Origin: Dehalococcoidia bacterium
GTDB lineage: Bacteria; Chloroflexota; Dehalococcoidia; SM23-28-2; RBG-16-64-32
Length of the DNA stretch: 64,000 bases
Assembly (NCBI GenBank): GCA_040882565.1
Contig: JBBEAZ010000024.1
Span: 196,857-260,856 of the forward strand
Direction of reading: 5' to 3'
Shown here: piece after piece, positions 38,483 through 45,567 of the stretch
How the letters are laid out: each line of letters opens with the position of its first letter
How positions within the stretch are numbered: position 1 is the stretch's first letter
Notes under the pieces: model-generated
Told to the model about the DNA's origin: nothing
What the model saw: the letters and a program-made list of their open reading frames with translations, nothing else
Database searches by the model: none
Position numbers and translations under genes: made by a program

Positions 38483-40147
38483 GTGGGGGGTGTCGAGCTG
38501 AGGAGCGCAAACCCTGGTTTTGGTACCGGGCTCGTGCTGCAAAATGCCGATGGATCTACGATTCAGAACCTGGCAGTCAACCGATACTCGATGGGCATGC
38601 AGATTACCTCCGACGACGTTAGACTGCGCGGCAACTTCATCGGCACGGACGCGTCAGGGACCATCGGTATAGGCAACGACACGGGCATCCAAGTCGAAGG
38701 CGCTCGGACAATCATCGGTGGGACGGACGGCTGGACTCCGGGCGGAGTCTGCACCGGGGACTGCAATCTCATCTCCGGCCATTCGGACCACAACAATGAT
38801 TTCAGCATATTTGTCATCCCTGGCTCAGCAGACACAGTCATCCAGGGGAATATGTTTGGGGTTAATGCGGAAGGTACCTCGGCGTTACCGAATGGAACGA
38901 GTGTCATCGTTTCCGGGAGCAACGCGGTCATCGGTGGGGCCAGTCCAGTCGAAGGGAACCTCATCGCTGGCACAGTGCAGCGAGGAGTCAGGTTGGCCAG
39001 CGGAACGGCGACAATCCAGGGGAACCTGATCGGTACGAACAGTACTGGTACTGCCACGTTGACTGCGCCGAACCCACCGTTTCCACCGTTTGGAATAACC
39101 GTAGATAACGCTCAGAATGTGGTGATCGGTGGCGGAAGCCCCGGGGCCCGAAACGTTATCGCGGACATAAGGCCGGTTCGGGTTTACCAATCGTCGAACA
39201 CCCAGATTCGTGGGAATTTCATAGGGATCGCAACGGACGGTGTGACGCAACTAGGGTTACCGGCACCCGGTGATGCTGGGGTCTGGATTGAGGGCACGAT
39301 CGGCACTTTGGTCGGCGGAATCGAGCCGGGGCAGGGCAACACAATCGCCTATCGTGAAACTGGGGTAATGGTGTCCGGCAATAATGGAGTAACCCAGGGC
39401 AACCAGATCCGGGGAAACTCGATCCACTCGAATGTCGGTCCTGGCATCGACACCGCTGACGGGGGCAATGGTGAACCGCAGCCGCCGGTCGTCACCACCG
39501 CCAATCAGTCAGGGGCAAGCGGAACAGCCTCTGCCCTCTACTGCGCCAACTCAATGTGCGCCGTCGATATCTACTCGGACAACGAAGATGAGGGCCGCAG
39601 TTACGAAGGGTCTACGCAGACGGATCTCGCGGGGAACTGGACGTTCAGCGGATCGCTGAGCGGACCGAACGTGACGGCGACTATCACTAACGACGGCGGC
39701 AACACGTCAGAGTTCTCAGCGCCGTTCACCATCGATACCTCAACGCCTACGCCCAACCCGTCACCGACGCCGACGCCGACACCAACCTCGACCGCGACCG
39801 GCACTGCGAGCGCCACGGCCAGCCCAACGCCAACGCCGACCGGCGGTCCCCTGGACGATGAAGTGCCCTGGGGCGACGCCAACTGCTCCGGGGAGAGCGA
39901 CCCGGTCGACTCGCTGCTGACGCTGCGCTTCGACGCCGGCCTCAGCACAAACACGGGTGACTGCCCGCCGATGGGCGAGGTGGTCGAGGTCGCGAACGCG
40001 TCGCCGCACCCGTGGGGTGACGTCGACTGCTCGGGCGAGGTGAACCCGGTGGACTCGCTGAAGCTGCTGCGGTTTGATGCGGGGTTGCCGGTCGCACAGG
40101 AGCCGGATTGCCCACCGATCGGGGACACGGTTTCGGTCCTGTTCTAG
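38483..40147 (+). CDS. Beta-helix family member lacking signal peptide and N-terminal ~95 aa (5'-truncated paralog), with Cys-dockerin-like module
   Basis: It opens at GTG 38483 with GGVELRSANPGFGTGLVLQNADGSTIQNLAVNRY, which aligns to an internal position (GGATRVELRGPGGMGPETGLFVAA) of the upstream paralog. No hydrophobic N-terminus. Repeats GNFIGTDASGT / GNMFGVNAEGTSALPNG / GNLIGTNSTGT / GNQIRGNSIHSN. Module 39869-40144. Confidence 0.65.
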   Translation: MGGVELRSANPGFGTGLVLQNADGSTIQNLAVNRYSMGMQITSDDVRLRGNFIGTDASGTIGIGNDTGIQVEGARTIIGGTDGWTPGGVCTGDCNLISGHSDHNNDFSIFVIPGSADTVIQGNMFGVNAEGTSALPNGTSVIVSGSNAVIGGASPVEGNLIAGTVQRGVRLASGTATIQGNLIGTNSTGTATLTAPNPPFPPFGITVDNAQNVVIGGGSPGARNVIADIRPVRVYQSSNTQIRGNFIGIATDGVTQLGLPAPGDAGVWIEGTIGTLVGGIEPGQGNTIAYRETGVMVSGNNGVTQGNQIRGNSIHSNVGPGIDTADGGNGEPQPPVVTTANQSGASGTASALYCANSMCAVDIYSDNEDEGRSYEGSTQTDLAGNWTFSGSLSGPNVTATITNDGGNTSEFSAPFTIDTSTPTPNPSPTPTPTPTSTATGTASATASPTPTPTGGPLDDEVPWGDANCSGESDPVDSLLTLRFDAGLSTNTGDCPPMGEVVEVANASPHPWGDVDCSGEVNPVDSLKLLRFDAGLPVAQEPDCPPIGDTVSVLF

Positions 40148-40156
40148 AATAGCTTC

Positions 40157-41251
40157 GTGATCACGAGACGCACCGCGGTCTTGTTCCCGACACTGGTCGT
40201 CGTCGCCGTTCTCGGCGTTCTCATCTTCACAGCCACGCGCGCACCGGGCCCGCAGCGGGCCGAAGCCGACCATCACCTGTTGCGTGTCGACCGGGTGATG
40301 GCGGACGGCGATATCCAGTACGTACAGTTGCGCATGACGACCGGCGGGCAGGGAGTCGTGGACGGCAAGCAGATCTGTTTCTACGACGCCACCGGCACCC
40401 CCGCCGGCAGCTTCACCTTCCCCGAAGACCTCGATGTAGCCACGGACGAAGCGACTGTGCTCATCGGCACAGCGGAGTTCGACGCCGCCTGGACTGGGGG
40501 AGATTCAGATTACCAGCTCACCGGACACCCTGTGCCGCACCCCGCCGGCAAGGTGACGTTCGGCGCAACTTGCGCGGCCGCGCCGGTCGACTCTGTGGCC
40601 TACGGCGCCGGCTACAGCGGTCCGGTCGAGAACCCCGCCAAGTTCCCGCAAGACCTTCCCGTTGACGGCCAGGCGTTGCGGCTTGATGCAGACGCGCCGA
40701 ACGCGCCGCGCGTCAATGCCGACGACTACGCTATCGGGGCCGCCGACTTCAAGAAGAACAACGGCACAACCGGATCGCTGAACGAGACAAGCACCCCGAC
40801 CGCCTCACCGAGCCCTACGGCGACGCCGACTGCCACGCCAACGCTGACGCCGTGTCCGACTGTCAGCCCCACAAACTGCGACATAGTCACGAACCCCCCG
40901 AGCCCAACGCCGACGCCGACAGCGACGCCAACGTTCACCGGCACTCTGCCGCCCGGCGACGAGCGCACGTGGGGTGACAACAACTGCTCCGGCCCACCGC
41001 CCGACCCGGTCGACTCCCTCCTCACCCTCCGCTTCGACGCTGGCCTCCCCACCAACACGGGCGATTGCCCGCCGGTGGGCGAAGTCGTCGAGGTCGCGAA
41101 CGCGTCCCCGCACCCGTGGGGCGATGTCGACTGTTCGGGCGAGGTCAATCCGGTCGACTCGCTTAAGTTGCTGCGCTCCGACGCCGGCCTCCCGGTCAAC
41201 CAGCCTCAGGACTGCCCGGAACTCGGCGGCGCTGTTATCGTCACGGCCTAG
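40157..41251 (+). CDS. Membrane-anchored (or signal-peptide) lamin-tail-domain-like protein with PT linker and Cys-dockerin-like module
   Basis: N-terminus MITRRTAVLFPTLVVVAVLGVLIFTATRAPGPQRAEA. Then HHLLRVDRVMADGDIQYVQLRMTTGG..VDGKQICFYDATGTPAGSFTFPEDLDVATDEATVLIGTAEF, which resembles the LTD pattern (I.EV...eyVEL.N...l.G..l.d..g...f.fp....l..g..vli). Module 40970-41248. TAGAAT box 6 nt upstream of the GTG and no SD. Confidence 0.65.
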   Translation: MITRRTAVLFPTLVVVAVLGVLIFTATRAPGPQRAEADHHLLRVDRVMADGDIQYVQLRMTTGGQGVVDGKQICFYDATGTPAGSFTFPEDLDVATDEATVLIGTAEFDAAWTGGDSDYQLTGHPVPHPAGKVTFGATCAAAPVDSVAYGAGYSGPVENPAKFPQDLPVDGQALRLDADAPNAPRVNADDYAIGAADFKKNNGTTGSLNETSTPTASPSPTATPTATPTLTPCPTVSPTNCDIVTNPPSPTPTPTATPTFTGTLPPGDERTWGDNNCSGPPPDPVDSLLTLRFDAGLPTNTGDCPPVGEVVEVANASPHPWGDVDCSGEVNPVDSLKLLRSDAGLPVNQPQDCPELGGAVIVTA

Positions 41252-41316
41252 ATTGGTGCGAAATGCTGTAACGCCAGGCTAAATCTGGCCATCTTACATA
41301 TCTGGGAATATCAGAA

Positions 41317-42525
41317 ATGCCCAGATTCTCGCTTGTCCTTACCGTTGCTATAGCGGCTACACTCGGCGCTCTCCTCTTCGCTGGTGCGCGCTCGCCCGGC
41401 CCGCAGCCGGCTGAGGCAAACCACCACTACATGCGCATAGACCGCGTCATGTCCAACGGCAACGTTCAGTACGTCATGTTGCGCATGCGGCAAGTCGGTA
41501 TGAACCTCGTGGACGGCAGTGTCCTCTGCTTCTACAACGCTGCGGGCCAGGCAGCCGGCAGCTTCACCTTCCCCGCCGACGTCGCCAACAACGCCACCCA
41601 GGCCACGATCCTCATCGGAACCGCGGCGTTCGACGCAGCGTGGACGGGCGGCGCGCCGGACTTCACGTTCAGCGGCAACCCGGTTCCGACCAGCGGCAAA
41701 ATCACGTACCGCGATGCTTGTGATTTCGGTCCAATCTGGGACCAGGTGGCTTACGGTTCCACGTACACCGGCTCAAACGGGTACGGCGAACCGTTCCCAC
41801 AGAACCTGCCGCAGGACTACCAGGCGCTGCGACTGGTCGTGGGCCTGAACAACCCTGTGGACGAACGCAACAACGAGACCGACTATGCCCTCGGCACCGC
41901 CGACTTCAAGAAGAACAACGGCACGACCGGCTCCCTGCCCAGCACCGCCACCCCTTCTCCCACTCCAGTCCCCACGCCCACGCCGACAGCAACACCCATA
42001 CCGACAGCAACATCAATCCCGACCAACACGCCGGTCGCGACTACGGCCGGCCCGACCGCCTCGGGCTCGACCCAGACGGCGGCTCCGACACCCACCGCCA
42101 CCCCGACCGCTACGGCGAGCGCCACGCCCCCGCCAACACAACCGGGCCATACCCCGACGCCAACGGCGGCTCCGACGGCCGCCGCTACGCCCACCGCCAC
42201 TGCCACGGCGCCACCCACCAGTTCGGGGGACGAGCATACCTGGGGCGACGGCAACTGCTCCGGCCCACCGCCCGACCCTGTCGACTCGCTGATCACCCTC
42301 CGCCATGATGCCGGCCTCAGCACCAGCACGGGCGACTGCCCACCGATCGGTGGCACGATTGAATTGCAGGGCGGCTCGCCTCACCCCTGGGGCGACATCG
42401 ACTGCTCCGGTGGGGTGGACCCCGTCGACTCGCTCAAGCTCCTCCGCTTCGACGCCGGTTTGACCGTCGCATACGGACCGAACTGCCCTGGGCTGGGCGA
42501 CGCTGTCGTCGTCTCTATGCCCTGA
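41317..42525 (+). CDS. Paralog of the preceding LTD-like anchored protein, longer linker, diverged Cys-dockerin-like module
   Basis: MPRFSLVLTVAIAATLGALLFAGARSPGPQPAEANHHYMRIDRVMSNGNVQYVMLRM...LCFYNAAGQAAGSFTFPADVANNATQATILIGTAAF...DYALGTADFKKNNGTTGSL is collinear with gene 40157-41251. About 95-aa PT/A linker. Module 42241-42522 (WGDGNCSGPPPDPVDSLITLRHDAGLSTSTGDCPPIGGTIELQGGSPHPWGDIDCSGGVDPVDSLKLLRFDAGLTVAYGPNCPGLGDAVVV). Confidence 0.7.
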   Translation: MPRFSLVLTVAIAATLGALLFAGARSPGPQPAEANHHYMRIDRVMSNGNVQYVMLRMRQVGMNLVDGSVLCFYNAAGQAAGSFTFPADVANNATQATILIGTAAFDAAWTGGAPDFTFSGNPVPTSGKITYRDACDFGPIWDQVAYGSTYTGSNGYGEPFPQNLPQDYQALRLVVGLNNPVDERNNETDYALGTADFKKNNGTTGSLPSTATPSPTPVPTPTPTATPIPTATSIPTNTPVATTAGPTASGSTQTAAPTPTATPTATASATPPPTQPGHTPTPTAAPTAAATPTATATAPPTSSGDEHTWGDGNCSGPPPDPVDSLITLRHDAGLSTSTGDCPPIGGTIELQGGSPHPWGDIDCSGGVDPVDSLKLLRFDAGLTVAYGPNCPGLGDAVVVSMP

Positions 42526-42589
42526 CACACCGCTTCGGCCCCACTCTCAATTGACCCCTGACGCACGCCCGTGCGATCTTGATGCCGCC

Positions 42590-43738
42590 ATGCAACCCGA
42601 GCGCGACCCCTCGGAAAAGCTCCTCTTCACGCCGGGGCCGCTGACCACCAGCGCCACCGTCAAGCAAGCGATGATGCGGGATGCCGGGTCATGGCACTGG
42701 GAGTTCAACGAGATGGTCGCGCGCGTGCGCCAGAAGCTCCTCGCCGTCGCTGGCGTGAGCCGCGACGACGGTTACGAATGCATCCTCCTGCAGGGCAGCG
42801 GCACGTACGGACTCGAGGCGGTCGTTGGCTCGGGCGTCCCGCGGGGCGCCAAGTTCCTTGTCGCGATCAACGGCGCGTACGGCGAGCGCATCGCACGTAT
42901 CGCTGAAGTCCTCGGCGTCGAGACCGTCGCCCTCCGCTATCGCGAGCATGAGTTGCCCAGCGCGGGCGAAGTCCGCTCGGCGCTTGCCGATGACCCGGCG
43001 ATCGCGATGGTCTGCGCCGTCCACTGCGAGACCACGACCGGCATCCTCAACCCCATCGCCGAGATCGGCCGCGCCGTCAAGGAGGCGGGGCGCCTCTACT
43101 TCGTCGACGCGATGAGCAGCTTCGGCGCGATCGACATCGACGTCCGCGGCATCGGCATCGACTACCTGGTGTCCTCCGCCAACAAGTGCATCGAAGGCGT
43201 GCCCGGTTTCTCCTTCGTCATCGCCCGGCGCCAGGCCCTGATCGACGCCGAGACCGGCGCCCGCAGCCTGAGCCTCGATCTACTCGCCCAGCTCCGCGGC
43301 TTTGAGAAGGGCGGCCAGTTCCGCTTCACGCCGCCGACTCACACGATCCTGGCCTTCGACCAGGCTCTGCGCGAACTCGAAGACGAAGGCGGCGTCGCTG
43401 GACGCGGCGACCGCTACCGCGCCAACCACGAAACGCTAATCGCCGGTATGCGCGACCTCGGCTTCCGCCAGCACCTCGCGCCCGACAGGCAGAGCTTCAT
43501 CATCACGTCCTTCCACTACCCCGCGCACCCAGCCTTCGACTTCGACACTTTCTATCGCGCGCTCGCGGAGCGCGGCTTCATCATCTACCCCGGCAAGCTC
43601 AGCGCGATCGACTGCTTCCGCATCGGCAGCATCGGCCGCCTCTTCCCCGAGGACTTCCGGAACCTCCTCGCCGCCATCGCCGCGACTCTTAAAGAGGTGG
43701 GCGTGCCGGTGCCTGTGCCCGAGGCCGCCTCGCCGTGA
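42590..43738 (+). CDS. phnW: 2-aminoethylphosphonate--pyruvate transaminase
   Basis: ATG 42590. LLFTPGPLTTSATVKQAMMRDAGSWHWEFNEMV...ILLQGSGTYGLEAV...SSANKCIEGVPGFSFVIARR is the PhnW pattern. Followed by phnX with a GTGA overlap. Confidence 0.85.
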   Translation: MQPERDPSEKLLFTPGPLTTSATVKQAMMRDAGSWHWEFNEMVARVRQKLLAVAGVSRDDGYECILLQGSGTYGLEAVVGSGVPRGAKFLVAINGAYGERIARIAEVLGVETVALRYREHELPSAGEVRSALADDPAIAMVCAVHCETTTGILNPIAEIGRAVKEAGRLYFVDAMSSFGAIDIDVRGIGIDYLVSSANKCIEGVPGFSFVIARRQALIDAETGARSLSLDLLAQLRGFEKGGQFRFTPPTHTILAFDQALRELEDEGGVAGRGDRYRANHETLIAGMRDLGFRQHLAPDRQSFIITSFHYPAHPAFDFDTFYRALAERGFIIYPGKLSAIDCFRIGSIGRLFPEDFRNLLAAIAATLKEVGVPVPVPEAASP

Positions 43739-44562
43739 CTTACCGCGGCCCTCTCCGTGCCGTGATCCTCGACTGGGCCGGCACGATTGTCGACTTCGGC
43801 TCGTGTGCGCCCGTCCAGGCCTTCGTCGAAACGTTCCGCCGCGCCGGTGTGAAGATCAGCACCGCCGAAGCCCGCGGGCCGATGGGCAGCGCTAAGCGCG
43901 ATCACATCGCCGCGCTGCTTGCGATGCCCGAGGTCGCGGCGCGCTGGCAGTCCGCCAACGGCGCCGCGCCCGGCGATGCCGAGGTCGACCGCCTGTACGC
44001 AGACTTCATCCCGATCCAGCTCGAAGTCCTGACCCGTTCTGTCGACATCATCCCCGGCGCCCCGGAAGCGATCTCAGCGCTCCGCGAGCGCGGTCTGAAG
44101 ATCGGCAGCACCACCGGCTACAACCGCGTGATGATGGACGCCGTCGTCCCAGCCGCGACGAAGCAAGGCCTCGTCGTGGATCACGTCGCCACCGCTGACA
44201 CGCTCCCCTCCGGCCGGCCCGCGCCCTGGATGTGCTTCGAGAACATGGCTGCCCTCGGCGTCTACCCGCCGGCCGCCTGCGTGAAGATCGGCGACACCGT
44301 CCCGGATATAGATGAGGGCCTCAATGCCGGAATGTGGACCATCGCCGTCGCCGCCACCGGCAACGAATTCGGCCTCTCGGAAGCGGAGGCCGCGGCGCTG
44401 CCGGAAGCGGAGCGCCGCGCACGGATCGCCACGGCGACGGAGCGACTGCAGGCAGCCGGTGCGCACTATGTGGTAGATGGCATCCGTGACGCGCCCGCGG
44501 TGCTCGACCAGATCGCGCTGCGCCTTGCCAACGACGATCACCGCTCGTCACGTCGCGCATAG
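43735..44562 (+). CDS. phnX: Phosphonoacetaldehyde hydrolase (phosphonatase)
   Basis: HAD motif I in the PhnX form, AVILDWAGTIVDFGSCAPV, plus ARGPMGSAKRDHI and GDTVPDIDEGLNAGMW. Confidence 0.85.
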   Translation: MTYRGPLRAVILDWAGTIVDFGSCAPVQAFVETFRRAGVKISTAEARGPMGSAKRDHIAALLAMPEVAARWQSANGAAPGDAEVDRLYADFIPIQLEVLTRSVDIIPGAPEAISALRERGLKIGSTTGYNRVMMDAVVPAATKQGLVVDHVATADTLPSGRPAPWMCFENMAALGVYPPAACVKIGDTVPDIDEGLNAGMWTIAVAATGNEFGLSEAEAAALPEAERRARIATATERLQAAGAHYVVDGIRDAPAVLDQIALRLANDDHRSSRRA

Positions 44563-44646
44563 CTCCAAAACCTCAAAGACGCGGAAATTACCTCAGTGGA
44601 TTGAAACTGCTCCGCACGAGTTCTCGCAGGGCGTACACTGACAGCC

Positions 44647-45531
44647 ATGCGAGTTGTGTTTGCCATGTTCGCGCTGATCACCGGTGTTGTGGCTGCCGTC
44701 ACCGCTGCTCCAGATGGTGCAACTTCGAGCGTGGCTACCGATACCCCGATCGTGTTATCGCTAGGGCTGTATGGACCTTCCGTTGTGGAGCAAGGAGAAA
44801 CCGTCGTAATAATTCTGCGCGCTGATATCCAGGAACCCGGAATTGGGGACGTCGCACTGAACGTCACCTACACTGAGGGGGCCGGTGCGAATTACTGCAC
44901 GGGACCGTGGGGAATGTGCGAAATAGATATCGTGGAGAGAACGGTCCACTTCACTGGTTCGAGCCACGCGGGAATCGTCGGTGTGGGTGTGATGCTGGGG
45001 ACCTTAGGACTTGATGCTGGTCAACAACCTGGCGCAATTCAGATCGCCATTGATCCTCTGTCGATTGAGCTAGAGGACACGCAGGGGGCTCTCGTTCAGC
45101 CGGAGCTGGTGGTTTCGCCCCTTTCGATCACAATCGTGAGTCCAACTCCAACTCCTTCGCCCACTCCTACACCCGTGCCGGCGACTCCGGGCCCAACGGG
45201 ACCGACGCCCACCCCCGGCCCCGGAACACTGGTGTTATGGGGAGACAACAACTGTTCTAGTTCCGTGGACCCGGTGGACTCGCTGCTGACGTTGCGAGCT
45301 GACGCGGGCATGGCGGGAGATACAGGGAACTGTCCGGATGTGGGCAAGTTCGTCCTCGTTGGTAGTCATGGCCCAGACGGTCCCTGGGGTGACGTTGACT
45401 GCTCCGGGAATGTTGACCCCGTTGATTCACTCAGGACGTTGCGCTATGACGTGGGCCTCGGATTGGAAACGCCTGCGTTTTGCCCGGCGATCGGCCAGCA
45501 AGTCAGATTCATCGTTCCGAACTTCAAGTAA
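44647..45531 (+). CDS. Secreted cohesin-like domain + PT linker + Cys-dockerin-like module protein (candidate scaffold/adaptor)
   Basis: Signal peptide MRVVFAMFALITGVVAAVTAAP. About 130-aa beta-rich domain IVLSLGLYGPSVVEQGETVVIILRADIQEPGIGDVALNVTYTEGAG...VHFTGSSHAGIVGVGVMLGTLGLDAGQQPGAIQIAIDPLSIELEDTQGALVQPELVVSPLSITIV, which follows the cohesin pattern (v.v...v..G.tv.v.v.l....i.....l.y......i.f.g....G..g.g.l..l......g...i.i....l.d..g......g.i.i). Diverged module 45238-45528. Lower GC than its neighbours. Confidence 0.5.
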   Translation: MRVVFAMFALITGVVAAVTAAPDGATSSVATDTPIVLSLGLYGPSVVEQGETVVIILRADIQEPGIGDVALNVTYTEGAGANYCTGPWGMCEIDIVERTVHFTGSSHAGIVGVGVMLGTLGLDAGQQPGAIQIAIDPLSIELEDTQGALVQPELVVSPLSITIVSPTPTPSPTPTPVPATPGPTGPTPTPGPGTLVLWGDNNCSSSVDPVDSLLTLRADAGMAGDTGNCPDVGKFVLVGSHGPDGPWGDVDCSGNVDPVDSLRTLRYDVGLGLETPAFCPAIGQQVRFIVPNFK

Positions 45532-45567
45532 CACATCCCCGAAGGGTGCCCGCGTTACAATCGTTGC

